A stretch of DNA of 56,835 bases from a virus (IMGVR_UViG_3300038825_001331:1-56835); one strand, 5' to 3'. Counted from the first letter of the stretch, positions 44,758-54,765 are shown. Notes: generated from the letters alone by a model not told the origin. Translations and numbers: made by a program.

Positions 44758-46649
44758 ATCTCGCAGGAGCCACCAACGCAAGCAAGCTCTTTGGCGCCCT
44801 CTCCTCTATCTTCTTGTTCGTAATACGTTAGCATAGAATAATCTATTCTTGGAAAAGCAAGCATTCGTCGTTTGTACTCAAGCTCATCAATTTCTTCATA
44901 CGGAGCAAGCTCATACTTTCCTCCGTCGTAAGGTAGAAAGCTAACGCCCGTAATCCTATCAAAGTTTTCGTATACCCAAGCGCCCACCGAGTCCCACTCT
45001 TCCTCTTTGACATAAATAGTGGCGCTTTGGTTGTGGCCCTTTTGATTACACCAAGTGTCCATTACTGTTTTATATCGACGAAGCTGGTCTAGTGCCGTTT
45101 CATCTTCTCGGAGCATGGCTCGTTCTGGACTTGCTACAGGGAACTCTACAACCCAAGTATTGTTTCTATCTTCTATACAAGGTGCCCCTGCGTCTCTGAC
45201 TAAGGAAAGTAGGGGGTCGTCCCCAGAGATTCTTACGCGACGAATATAAAACGGGGAGTAGCGAGCGTGAAACCCGCTAGAACAGTCTAGTATCTGACTA
45301 CTATTGCCGCTAGGCTTTCCGCAAGTTACTGCCGCAGGAGAGTTAATTCCCAACCAAGCCGCAGCAATGTCTGCCGTTTTTCTAGCAACTCTGTTAAACA
45401 AGGCCATTGCCTCTACGTCGTTGGCCAATGCGGGGTTGTCGCACTGCCCTGTGATGTCTACCCCTAGCAGTCGATCCTCTTCACACATCTCCCTCCATGC
45501 TGGACGTAGATAGGGAAAGTGGGTAAAAGACGCCTGCACAGCACCGATCCATGCAGCTAAGCGAACCTTTTCTGAGAAAGACGCAATGGTGTCTTCTTCT
45601 CGCATTACAGCACAGCTAAGATTGCATAGTTGCCCTCCTCCGCCTGCACCGGTCCATGGATTAGTTGCCTTCTTGTATCTAAGAAGAATCTCCCCGCAAG
45701 GATTGCTTCGCATCTCTTGCGTTCCGCGCTCTTTGGCTTTCTGTGGGGGAACACGGAACATTCCTCGCTCACCGGAGCCGCTTTGTTTAAGAGATTCCCA
45801 CTCGGCATAGAAAGTATCTCTGTCTGGCTTTTCATTCCAAAACACGCTGTTGTTTGCCATGTACCTGCAGGCAGGAAACTCTCCTAGCGCCCAGTTCTTT
45901 GCGTTTCGCATCTGCTCATCATCAGCATCACTAAAAGAAATAAGGGCGGCACGACGAACGCCTCCGGCCATCACAACCTCTCCCACGGTACACATAATGT
46001 CATGCACCTCTATAGGAAAAAGTTTTCTGCCTCCTGCACCTTGCACAACGCTTTTTGCAAAGTCCAAAAGCCTAATTAGCGGCTCGGGGCCGCTAGCGCG
46101 GCCCCCCTTTGTGTTGAGGCGGGAGCCGGCGGGTCGGATGTTGGAGAAGTCGAATACGGTGTCGGCACCACACCACCACGACGTTAATCCGGCTTTGAAT
46201 GCGTTTGCCCAGCCTTCAGCAGAGTCTTCTACAACGTAGTGCCGAGTTCGGTCGGCTGTAAGGGGTTCCACCGTGGGGAGGTTGCTCACAAACTGTCGCT
46301 CAACGCTAAAGCCTACACCGGTTCCCTGCATAAGAATATAGAGCGCCTCGGAGAACGCTGGGATGCAGTCTACCGGCAAGAACGCGCAGTTATACGCACT
46401 CAGGTTATCGCGTGCCATGCTCGGCCCTGCGCTCCACAATGCTCGCATAGATGGAAGAACGTCAAGATTTTTAACGGCTTCAGACATATCTTGGAACACG
46501 TCTGCGGGCAGCTTTCGCTGACTTACGATAAAATTAAGGTACCTATCTAGCGCCTCGTCTGGAGTTTCGCGCCGTTCGCTATCCTCTACCCAACGGCAAT
46601 ACGATCGGGTAAAAACAAATTCTGCGAGGGCATTGCGAAACTTTGACAT
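44754..46649 (-). CDS. nrdJ: Class II (adenosylcobalamin-dependent) ribonucleotide reductase
   Basis: PSMRALW, YNC, GTGVGFS, ASGPEPL, SNPCGEI, CNL, KPSG and C-terminal CVGGSCEI; no nrdB partner seen. Confidence 0.92.
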   Translation of the reverse strand: MSKFRNALAEFVFTRSYCRWVEDSERRETPDEALDRYLNFIVSQRKLPADVFQDMSEAVKNLDVLPSMRALWSAGPSMARDNLSAYNCAFLPVDCIPAFSEALYILMQGTGVGFSVERQFVSNLPTVEPLTADRTRHYVVEDSAEGWANAFKAGLTSWWCGADTVFDFSNIRPAGSRLNTKGGRASGPEPLIRLLDFAKSVVQGAGGRKLFPIEVHDIMCTVGEVVMAGGVRRAALISFSDADDEQMRNAKNWALGEFPACRYMANNSVFWNEKPDRDTFYAEWESLKQSGSGERGMFRVPPQKAKERGTQEMRSNPCGEILLRYKKATNPWTGAGGGGQLCNLSCAVMREEDTIASFSEKVRLAAWIGAVQASFTHFPYLRPAWREMCEEDRLLGVDITGQCDNPALANDVEAMALFNRVARKTADIAAAWLGINSPAAVTCGKPSGNSSQILDCSSGFHARYSPFYIRRVRISGDDPLLSLVRDAGAPCIEDRNNTWVVEFPVASPERAMLREDETALDQLRRYKTVMDTWCNQKGHNQSATIYVKEEEWDSVGAWVYENFDRITGVSFLPYDGGKYELAPYEEIDELEYKRRMLAFPRIDYSMLTYYEQEDRGEGAKELACVGGSCEI

Positions 46650-46681
46650 TGGCGGGCTCCTGTTGATTTATGGGGACTCCC

Positions 46682-46710
46682 CCAGTAACATGAGCACACA
46701 CTAAGGTCAA
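46682..46710 (-). promoter_or_regulatory. Minus-arm promoter for nrdJ
   Basis: TTGACC-ttagtgtgtgctcatgt-TACTGG. Confidence 0.5.
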
Positions 46711-46728
46711 GCACCTTATGCGGTATAT

Positions 46729-48552
46729 TTACACTAAGGGACCACCTACTTGTTGAGCCGGTAAACCTCCGCTGCCCGTGCCAACATCCACTTGTCCACC
46801 TTGCATGGGGGCAATGCCTTCTTCGGGCATTCCTTGGCCCGACATATCTAGCGCTGGTGCCTGTTCCATTCCCGGAGGCATTCCCATACCGGGAGGCATT
46901 CCCATGCCTGGAGGAGGCCCCGGCGGCTGCTCAGGTGCCATAATATCGCCCAGTTTCAACAAGTCAACCAGTGCCTGCATAAGTTTTTTCTGGTCAACCA
47001 TCTGGCTTCCTTGCAGAAGAGGCAAGAATGCTTCCATTTTCTTTAGCTGTACAACCGTGTTCGCTTCGTCAGCATTGTATGGAAGTGCGCGAAAGTCGAA
47101 ATCCCAGGGACTATCTCCGTCTACTTTTCCGTCTTCGTTAAAGTCTTTAAACGCCAGCATAAGTCGATTTATTTCCTCATGCGTTCCGTTAGATAACTTT
47201 AGAGGGATACTACTGTCGGCTGGAAGAAACTCTGCATACAGAGAAAGAACTGCCTTTGCTGCCCACTCAATAACATTGTAGATGGCTAACTGACGCCTTG
47301 TGTTTCGGCTTCTAATCGCGGTGTCTGCTAACGCAAGCTCCGTCGCCACATCCGAGGCACCTAGCTCTCCTCGTTGGTAAGCGGGTAGCCCAAGAACAAA
47401 TTCAATGTTCTTGTTTAGCTCGGACATAACTTGCGTCCATTGAATAGGAAGTTGGGCGGTAGGGGTTGCGCCCATAACTTCTTGAATCCGTACATTTGGT
47501 TTGGCGTTCATTGTGATAACCTGCCCAGGTCCGTCAACCTGTTCAAGTGCATCCATGAACTCATCGGGGTCATCTAGCAAACCCTCGTGTACAACGGGAA
47601 TAGGAATGCTAGTCCTTGCGTGCCAGTTCCTTAGCGTAGACAATTCATTTAGTTGCTTAATATTATCGTATACCAAAGAGGCGTCGGACATACCAGACAA
47701 ATCTTCTAGGTTGTCGTTAAAAGCCAGCCGGAAAAAGGGATTGGGCAAAAGCTGGTATGGTAGCTCGCCCTCATACAGAGGCTTCTCTACATTATCAGCG
47801 CAGTGATAAAAGCGCTCCCCAACCAAGTCGTAGACCTCATATACCACAATCCACTCATATGCTGCACGGGCGACCTCTGTGTCAGAGTCTTCTTTTTCAG
47901 GGTCGGCCTTCAACCAGTCTGGGTATGTCTTATTGAAGGTTACTGAGTCGTTTTCTTGATCGTCCATACAATCGTGTCGATAGAACCCGCCCTTTCTTCC
48001 CCTTCTACGCATACGCTTTTTGAACTGTCCCTTGGTAAGGGTAGTCGCCTCGATGATATATCGAATATCTTCCCAGTCGTCTGCGGTTTGATCAAAAAAG
48101 ATTCTATTTGCAGGAACTACTCGTAGCAAAGGGCGGCCTTTCTTGGATGACCATACAACCTTTACAAAAGACCGGGGGTAAATGACTGCTCTTGACGCAA
48201 GGCGCCAAAGAGATTCACCGATATTGTTTCGGTGAAAAAAGTCGTTTACAAGTGCCTCACGCATTGCGGCGGCCTTTCGCAGCTTTTCTTTGCGTGGACT
48301 AATCGTTACTTCAGGGTTGGGAGGGCACACACTGGCCAACAAAGAGTCAGTAAAAGCAAAAAGGTGATTGCCGGTAACATCTGCAGAGCCTCCGTCTGTT
48401 TGTTCCCGACCATATCTATAGGAGTCTCCTCGATAACAGGCAATGTGCTTAGCCCATTGCTTGCGCTCTTCTTCCATCTTTCTAACGTGGTCTTGGATTA
48501 GGTTGGCAATCCACTTATACGACGTTTCTTTTTTGTCGTCTGTATCGTGCAT
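46729..48552 (-). CDS. Portal protein (podovirus type)
   Basis: 607 aa after the terminase; CYRG, RIFFD, VATE motif; Pro/Gly/Met C-terminal tail. Confidence 0.85.
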   Translation of the reverse strand: MHDTDDKKETSYKWIANLIQDHVRKMEEERKQWAKHIACYRGDSYRYGREQTDGGSADVTGNHLFAFTDSLLASVCPPNPEVTISPRKEKLRKAAAMREALVNDFFHRNNIGESLWRLASRAVIYPRSFVKVVWSSKKGRPLLRVVPANRIFFDQTADDWEDIRYIIEATTLTKGQFKKRMRRRGRKGGFYRHDCMDDQENDSVTFNKTYPDWLKADPEKEDSDTEVARAAYEWIVVYEVYDLVGERFYHCADNVEKPLYEGELPYQLLPNPFFRLAFNDNLEDLSGMSDASLVYDNIKQLNELSTLRNWHARTSIPIPVVHEGLLDDPDEFMDALEQVDGPGQVITMNAKPNVRIQEVMGATPTAQLPIQWTQVMSELNKNIEFVLGLPAYQRGELGASDVATELALADTAIRSRNTRRQLAIYNVIEWAAKAVLSLYAEFLPADSSIPLKLSNGTHEEINRLMLAFKDFNEDGKVDGDSPWDFDFRALPYNADEANTVVQLKKMEAFLPLLQGSQMVDQKKLMQALVDLLKLGDIMAPEQPPGPPPGMGMPPGMGMPPGMEQAPALDMSGQGMPEEGIAPMQGGQVDVGTGSGGLPAQQVGGPLV

Positions 48553-48582
48553 AGGTATTCCGGGGTAAGAAGAGTTAGCCCC

Positions 48583-48611
48583 AGGCTAACACATAAGTAA
48601 AGGCATGTCAA
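48583..48611 (-). promoter_or_regulatory. Minus-arm promoter for the portal gene
   Basis: TTGACA-tgcctttacttatgtgt-TAGCCT; the -35 contains the terminase stop. Confidence 0.65.
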
Positions 48612-50398
48612 GTCTGTCTAGTCCAGTGCGCTCGCCGTGGTCGTTTAATTTTATCCTCGCCTCTTTTAAGTGATCTACGCGCTTTGCGCTCTGCCTCTTG
48701 CGCGGCGTATTGCTGCTCGACCGACCACAGGCTTCTATCTGTGTCGAACAGTTCTCCTTGCTGCTCTCTAACAGACTTAGGTCTAAACCTAGAGGGCATT
48801 TGTCTTGCGCCAAGACACGCCCACATAAGCGCAGAACACCTATCCCAGTGGTGTCGCGCTCTGCGCCCCCTTCCCACCTTATTCGGGTTTAGTATTTTTG
48901 CTGCTTCGCTAATTTCTGTTAGCTTGTCGTGTCTGTAGGTGGCAAGTTGGTCAACGGTTTCTTGGTCGTTGAGTACGAGTGTGTCCATAAGGGCGTCGAT
49001 GAGGTATCCAAGTCCTTCGTTAATTGACTTACTCGTTGCTGCGATTCCTGGTTTTGAGTTGACGCCCCTTTGACTATAGAACAGATTGCGTATTTCACCC
49101 GCTTCCATTGCCGTAACAAGTGGAGATAATACACCCAAACCAACACCATTATTCTCAATAATAACATGGGCGTCGTTATACTCCCTTGCCAGCTCTACAA
49201 TAAACTGCGCTAGCCTCGGAGGATCTATCATGTTGTTGTTCATTACCGCGACTTGTTCCCACCTATCTTCCCACACCTCTAATACTTGTATACTCGCAGG
49301 GTCACCGCCCATCCAACCACAAGGGTCTACACCCATAACATACTGTGCCCCTGGTTTTGGCGCAACATATTCTTGGTATCCTTTTTTGTCAGGCTCCCAC
49401 GGGACCAGCACTCCCTTCTGGTGTTTCTCAAGCACGTGAGCAGGTATGACTCCCCCGCCTGCCTCAGCCCAACAACTAATAGGGTCTACGGGATAGTAAA
49501 CCCAGAACAAGTTAGGGTTCCTGCGTATCTCTGGGTCCAGTCCCATAAGCGCCCGTCTAAACGCTATATTCTCTACGGTCATGTAGGGCAGTCCCCTGCC
49601 ACTATGTCGGTCTCCCCCAAACTTATCTAGTAGAGATACTTCTTCGTTAGTCAGGCGCCAACTAGGATCCCATACGCGCTCATTAAGTTTAGAGGCAAAG
49701 AAGGGATGAAAAGAAAACTCCCACCTACCCATGCCCTTACGAGCTTCTGCACACATATCTCTAAAGTACGCTGCGCTGGGCGCCGCCATGGGCGCGGGAG
49801 TAGACTCACAAATAATTGTTGCTTCTTTACGGTTGACGAATGCGGGTATGATTCCACTAAATACTCCTGCGGCGTCTGCCCAAAATGGCACCTCTGATGC
49901 GTGCAACATGTCAATAGCCCGACCAATACCAACCATGTTGCTTTCAGCAGAAAGTGTTCGGATTGTTCCGCCGTGCATAAACGTAAGCTGCCGGCTTTCC
50001 CTATTGGGAATTGTAGGCATGCGTATATCTTCCGGCATGTGTTCGTGCATTTGATTGATGTTTCGGAACAGGTCAATAGACCTTTCTCTATTATCTGCAA
50101 TAACTGCACCGTAAATACCCGGAGTGTACGCAACGCGGCAATAGCCGCTCAGGGCGGTACACACAGACTTTCCTGTCTGTCGAGAAGACAAAACAACCTT
50201 CCACTTTTTGTGCCCCGTTTCCATTCTGGGTGACTCGCCGACAAAACCTAGTATGTCGTTCTGCAGCCCCGGCGCAATCTTGTCGGGGTCAAAGTCTATG
50301 CGCTCCCCTGTTTCCTGGTCTACTACGGTACCAAAATTCTTTAGCGTAATCCTTGGGTCTCTTAGTTTGGTAAGCAGGCCCTCGTCTAATTTAGACAC
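48608..50398 (-). CDS. terL: Terminase large subunit
   Basis: SRQTGKS Walker A, LHASE Walker B, ESTP coupling motif, nuclease GVDP, IENNGVG, HWD. Confidence 0.9.
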   Translation of the reverse strand: MSKLDEGLLTKLRDPRITLKNFGTVVDQETGERIDFDPDKIAPGLQNDILGFVGESPRMETGHKKWKVVLSSRQTGKSVCTALSGYCRVAYTPGIYGAVIADNRERSIDLFRNINQMHEHMPEDIRMPTIPNRESRQLTFMHGGTIRTLSAESNMVGIGRAIDMLHASEVPFWADAAGVFSGIIPAFVNRKEATIICESTPAPMAAPSAAYFRDMCAEARKGMGRWEFSFHPFFASKLNERVWDPSWRLTNEEVSLLDKFGGDRHSGRGLPYMTVENIAFRRALMGLDPEIRRNPNLFWVYYPVDPISCWAEAGGGVIPAHVLEKHQKGVLVPWEPDKKGYQEYVAPKPGAQYVMGVDPCGWMGGDPASIQVLEVWEDRWEQVAVMNNNMIDPPRLAQFIVELAREYNDAHVIIENNGVGLGVLSPLVTAMEAGEIRNLFYSQRGVNSKPGIAATSKSINEGLGYLIDALMDTLVLNDQETVDQLATYRHDKLTEISEAAKILNPNKVGRGRRARHHWDRCSALMWACLGARQMPSRFRPKSVREQQGELFDTDRSLWSVEQQYAAQEAERKARRSLKRGEDKIKRPRRAHWTRQT

Positions 50399-50633
50399 GA
50401 GACACCTCTACCATTCTCTCAGAGAAAACAAGCACGCCGTTTTCCCCCTCAAAAAATTTAGGCTTACCCTCTTTTAGGTAACCTACAAAATTCTTCATAA
50501 GGGTGTGGTATTCTGATAATGTAGCGCAAACAAACTGCCCCCTTGACTGAGGGTTGTCGTTACTCCAGCCGTTGTCGTAAGTATACGACACCCGAACGGT
50601 GCCATCTTCTCTTACTGGGGTTTTTGTTCTCAT
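50391..50633 (-). CDS. Hypothetical protein
   Basis: 80 aa; overlaps both neighbours. Confidence 0.65.
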   Translation of the reverse strand: MRTKTPVREDGTVRVSYTYDNGWSNDNPQSRGQFVCATLSEYHTLMKNFVGYLKEGKPKFFEGENGVLVFSERMVEVSRV

Positions 50634-51232
50634 AGGGTTACCTGGGTTATAGGGGGTGCCTTTAGTTGTCCTAAAACAGCAGTGTCATCTTGAGTTCCTT
50701 CGCTGCTTAGGTAGCTAAGGTATTCGCAGGCGACGGCAAAAGTCTTTGCTTGGTCTGCTACGTCCTCTGCTGCTTCTTTGTTTAGAATCTCGTGAACGAT
50801 TCCTTCGGCGCAATATCTCAGAAGCAGAGCAGAAAAACTTGCTAGGTCGGGAAGTTCTTCACTTGGTGCAAAGCTAGAGTACAGGTCTAGCATAGAACAG
50901 CAGCAATCATACCAGCCTACGATAATTTTAGCCGCCTTATTAAACCTAGACAGCGCCTTTTCTGCGTTGTCTTCTTCTTTACAGGCATCCATGTATGTGG
51001 TTATCAGATGTTCTGCCCAACTATCTCCCAGCATAGACACGTTCGGGCCCAGGAAAACATTCAGTTCATCTAGCTCTATATTAAATCGCTCGTGTAGCTC
51101 TTTTTCTGATGTCCCGCAAGCCGCCATGCAGGCCACAGCAAACACCTCGATGTGGTCTAGCGGCGTCTCTCCCCCAATAAACAGTGAGCGTTTTATTCTT
51201 TTCGGGGGCTCTATTTGTTTAGTTGGGCTCAT
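50630..51232 (-). CDS. Hypothetical protein
   Basis: 200 aa; ATGA overlaps. Confidence 0.7.
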   Translation of the reverse strand: MSPTKQIEPPKRIKRSLFIGGETPLDHIEVFAVACMAACGTSEKELHERFNIELDELNVFLGPNVSMLGDSWAEHLITTYMDACKEEDNAEKALSRFNKAAKIIVGWYDCCCSMLDLYSSFAPSEELPDLASFSALLLRYCAEGIVHEILNKEAAEDVADQAKTFAVACEYLSYLSSEGTQDDTAVLGQLKAPPITQVTL

Positions 51233-51654
51233 TTGTACAGCGTCTTTCCATCGGGGCCAAGAACCTCAACAGAGTTTTCCCCTGTTACCTGGCTAAGCTC
51301 TATATCCGGCGTTGGTGCTCGTAGGGTTTTCCGTGCCTCTACGTTTGCGGTTGCCAATAGCTTTGCTACGCTGCTATCTTGTTGTGCCTCTCGCTGCGTC
51401 TTCTGTATTTCCGCTGCGGTTACGGAGGTTAACAACAGTTCTGCGTAGGTTTTTGCGGCGTCTGCAATCTCCGGGTCTATTCTCCCAGACAAAAGCTCCG
51501 CCATAATAATACGAACAAACCGATTGTAGGCCTCATGCCCATCAATCTCCATGTCTAGTAGAACGTCGCGGAACTGGTCGCTGATGGTACGCGGAACCAG
51601 CAGCCGGTGCCTTTCTAGCGCAGACATATCATTGTCAGAGCCCTTTCTGCCCAT
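51229..51654 (-). CDS. Hypothetical helical protein, possible terminase small subunit
   Basis: GGAGG SD before ATG 51654; first gene of the terL transcription unit. Confidence 0.5.
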   Translation of the reverse strand: MGRKGSDNDMSALERHRLLVPRTISDQFRDVLLDMEIDGHEAYNRFVRIIMAELLSGRIDPEIADAAKTYAELLLTSVTAAEIQKTQREAQQDSSVAKLLATANVEARKTLRAPTPDIELSQVTGENSVEVLGPDGKTLYK

Positions 51655-51679
51655 TATCCCCTCCCCCAAATAGTCCAGA

Positions 51680-51708
51680 TGTATAACATACCAATTTACC
51701 TGTGTCAA
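51680..51708 (-). promoter_or_regulatory. Minus-arm promoter
   Basis: TTGACA-caggtaaattggtatgt-TATACA. Confidence 0.65.
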
Positions 51709-51710
51709 GA

Positions 51711-52520
51711 TTAGGCGAACTTGAAGGCCCACCAGGCTGTGTTTTTGTTCGGACGATCTTTCCTTTTGCGTGGGGAGTATGGCTTGCCACTAATATAGTT
51801 AAGCCGACTGCTTCGATTCGTCCACTCTTTGTTTCTAGCCAACCCCTTCAGAACGCCGATGGGCATATTCGCCGTTGCGCGCTTTAGAGCACGGCCACAC
51901 AAACTCATTGGGTCCTCCTCCAGCTCTGCACGCAAAGACATTCTGTCGAACATAGAGCCACCCTCTTCTGCCATAGGCAGTGAGCGCAGGTCTATGTTTG
52001 CTGCCCATATAAAAAAGTTCGGCACTCGGGATAGCTTAGTCAGCGCACTGGCCGCACGCTGAAGCTCCCAATAAAACACCGGCCAGCCATGCGACCATGC
52101 AACCAAATACTTTATATCTTCTATTTCGTATATGGGGGAGTACGTTTTTTTGCGGCGAACCTTGCCGCTATGGGGCACAAACCCCCTAGCAAACTGCCTA
52201 GGTGTCGGGGGCTCGATGCCCGCAGACCTCCATGCCGACGCTAGCAGTGGGTGCCACTCGTCCGGCGGGGACATAAACGCTTCGGTTTTCTTCCACTCTC
52301 GCAACAAGGGAAACCGACGAGCAAATTCTTCCCAATATAAAAAGCGAGACCCAACCACCGTGCCTGGTGGACGGGCCTTGCCCCCGATTACGGGTAAGCC
52401 GATGGGTAACATGGGCGGTGGCACTACCTCGTTTGTAGTAGGGTGCCTTAGCAGTCCCGGCCCCATAGGGTGAGAAAGCAGATACTCTACAAAAGGTTCT
52501 CGTCGCCAATCTTTAGCCAT
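51711..52520 (-). CDS. Hypothetical basic protein
   Basis: 269 aa, R/P/W-rich; overlaps the upstream gene. Confidence 0.7.
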   Translation of the reverse strand: MAKDWRREPFVEYLLSHPMGPGLLRHPTTNEVVPPPMLPIGLPVIGGKARPPGTVVGSRFLYWEEFARRFPLLREWKKTEAFMSPPDEWHPLLASAWRSAGIEPPTPRQFARGFVPHSGKVRRKKTYSPIYEIEDIKYLVAWSHGWPVFYWELQRAASALTKLSRVPNFFIWAANIDLRSLPMAEEGGSMFDRMSLRAELEEDPMSLCGRALKRATANMPIGVLKGLARNKEWTNRSSRLNYISGKPYSPRKRKDRPNKNTAWWAFKFA

Positions 52521-52701
52521 TGTCTTCCTGTTGCCCTACGGGCACAATCACCTTTGCCTTTTGTAGTGCCATAATTAATTGTAGCAGTAGCTGCTCGTAG
52601 TATTCGCACCTAAGCTGCAGGTCTTTAATCTCTTTGCTCATTGCCTGAGCGTTTTTAGTAAGCCCCTTAATCTGCATTTCAAGTGTCCAGTCTGGGTTCA
52701 T
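52513..52701 (-). CDS. Small coiled-coil protein
   Basis: 62 aa with heptad pattern; ATGA overlap. Confidence 0.65.
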   Translation of the reverse strand: MNPDWTLEMQIKGLTKNAQAMSKEIKDLQLRCEYYEQLLLQLIMALQKAKVIVPVGQQEDNG

Positions 52702-53585
52702 TCGTCGTCCTGTATGGTGGGGTCCATGTTTGTTTCCCCATAAACGTACTGCCAGTGTTTTTTATCCGACGCGCACATTGCGTTAATCGCCTGGGTCACT
52801 GCGCGTTTGGGTTGGTAGTCCGTTGTGCTGTATGCGTGTTCCCCTGGTGCGCCAGGGTCGTGCTCTCGTGGGGCAAAGTTTTCGCTGTTCTTAGTAAACG
52901 CCCACGCTAGGTCTGTCATTTCGTATTGTTCTAGTAGTTCTGCGCGTTTTTTCTCCTGCAGTTGGTGCCGCTTTTTATCCTCGCGGCGTTGTTCGGCGTA
53001 CACAGGGTCTTCCATGCTTTGCTCATACCAGTCCTTGTGCCGCTGTTGACACCAATCCCGGTTGTCGTGGTAGTAGCCCCTGCTTTTTTTGTTGGCACAG
53101 TTCCTGCATATGTGCCGGTAGCCATCTGGCGAATACTTGTCACGATGGTAACCATCGTATGTGGCCATGTGCCGAGCTTTGTTGTCTAGTGATAGCTTTC
53201 TGCCTTGTGCCCTGCGGGTGTTTTTTAGTTCTTCGGCGTCCTGAAGAAAGTTACTCGGGTGGTTGCGGGCCTTCATTACCTCGTCGGGTAATATGGTTCG
53301 GGGCTGTTTGCACTTACTACACTCCTTGGTGTCACCGGGCTGTAGCCACCCCGCCGGATTTGTAGGGTGCCTACGTGTGCGTGGCCGCAGTTTTGGTAGA
53401 TTACTATAATCAAACGCCTCGCCTTCTAAGGCTTGCTTGGGTGTCATGCCCTTTTTTAATCTGCGGTAATAAGTAACGCGGCTAATATTATACCAGCGGC
53501 AGGCCTCGTCGATACTAGAGAACGATAACTCTTGTCCGTTGGCGGCGGTAAAATTAACTGAGTGTCCTTGTTTATTATTAGCCAT
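52698..53585 (-). CDS. DNA-binding protein (HTH plus two CxxC pairs), homing-endonuclease-like modules
   Basis: FSSIDEACRWYNISRVTYYRRLKKG; KECSKC...DGYRHICRNC; no clear HNH catalytic motif. Confidence 0.6.
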   Translation of the reverse strand: MANNKQGHSVNFTAANGQELSFSSIDEACRWYNISRVTYYRRLKKGMTPKQALEGEAFDYSNLPKLRPRTRRHPTNPAGWLQPGDTKECSKCKQPRTILPDEVMKARNHPSNFLQDAEELKNTRRAQGRKLSLDNKARHMATYDGYHRDKYSPDGYRHICRNCANKKSRGYYHDNRDWCQQRHKDWYEQSMEDPVYAEQRREDKKRHQLQEKKRAELLEQYEMTDLAWAFTKNSENFAPREHDPGAPGEHAYSTTDYQPKRAVTQAINAMCASDKKHWQYVYGETNMDPTIQDDE

Positions 53586-53606
53586 GTTTTCCCCCTAGCA
53601 CCAGTA

Positions 53607-53635
53607 AGAGTAACACAGATAGAATTTAGTGTCAA
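53607..53635 (-). promoter_or_regulatory. Minus-arm promoter
   Basis: TTGACA-ctaaattctatctgtgt-TACTCT. Confidence 0.65.
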
Positions 53636-53675
53636 CTATAACTTAGGTTAGGGCGGGCGGGATAACACCTGGCCC

Positions 53676-53832
53676 CCATGTTACAACGATACGTGACCAG
53701 GAAAAACCTATATGTATTAAATAACATCTATCGTTGTTAACTATAATTAATTAATTAAAAAGGCACCCGTTAATGCGAGATAGTAAATATATACATAAGG
53801 GTTTTCTCTGGTCACGTATCGTTGTAACATGG
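53676..53832. repeat. Long inverted repeat around an AT-rich spacer
   Basis: Perfect 25-bp arms CCATGTTACAACGATACGTGACCAG (53676-53700, 53808-53832), extending imperfectly inward by ~17 bp. Confidence 0.9.
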
Positions 53833-54000
53833 CCCGTTATTAATTTTATCGTGCGCTAGGTGTTACAGTTATAGCCGTTATAGTATAATTAATAGCGCTA
53901 AAAATAATAGTAATAAAAAAACCCCGTCGTTTAAAGCACCTCCTGGATTATATAATAATGGGGGCCGGGGAGGGAAAGAGGTACCCCCTATGGGTCCTTA

Positions 54001-54765
54001 TTGCAAGTCGATTGCTATAACAAGTCGATTGCTATAACAAGTCGATTGCATTTATAGTTGGCATGGTTATTGCAAGGGAAACATAGTTGGCATGGTTATT
54101 GCAAGGGGCCACGGGATGCATTTGGGATGCATTACATTTGGGATGCATTTGGGATGCAAACGTAATGCAAACGGGATGCAAACGGGATGCCTTTATAGTT
54201 GGCATGGTTATTGCAAGGGAACATAGGACTTGGCATGTCAAGACACTGAATAAGGTATAACTTTAGGGAATAGGTGTTCTATATGCTATGGACATTTTAT
54301 GTCCGGCTATAGGTGGGCAAATCCCGTCATATTTAGCTTTTAAGACGTTTCAAGGGGTCAAGGCATGGAATCATACCGGGTATAACGTCCAAAGCCAGTC
54401 AGACGAAAATGGGTCGCAGTACAGCGAATAGCAGTGTTCAGTAGGTGAACATATGTTCAGGACATTTTCTGTCCGGGTATTATTATCAATAGTTGGCATG
54501 ATTATTGCAACACGGGCGCGGGTTCTACTTCTATTCGCATAGGCATAAAGTAAACAAGGTTTACAGAGTGAACAAGGTTTACAGAGTTAGTTGGTAATGG
54601 GTTATTATTGCAAGTCTATTGCAATAAAGGCAGTATTGGAGCGCAGTACAGCGAATAGCCGAAAAGCAAGGTTTAACCTGGGTTTTCAAATGCGCGCCAC
54701 GGCTATAATATCTGACAAGAAAAAAAATAAAAAAATTTTTATCCAGGTTTAACCTGGGTTTTCGG
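54001..54765. repeat. Cluster of short direct repeats (origin or packaging region candidate)
   Basis: CAAGTCGATTGCTATAA x~3; TAGTTGGCATGGTTATTGCAA x3 plus a variant; GGGATGCA x~6; AACAAGGTTTACAGAGT, CGCAGTACAGCGAATAGC, AGGTTTAACCTGGGTTTTC and GGACATTTTWTGTCCGG x2 each. Confidence 0.85.

Noticed and set aside
46860-46930. GMPPGM repeats in the portal gene as a separate element
   Set aside because: Ordinary low-complexity C-terminal tail of podovirus-type portals.
54001-54240. CRISPR array
   Set aside because: Repeats are tandem or irregularly spaced, of mixed families and lack unique ~30-nt spacers.
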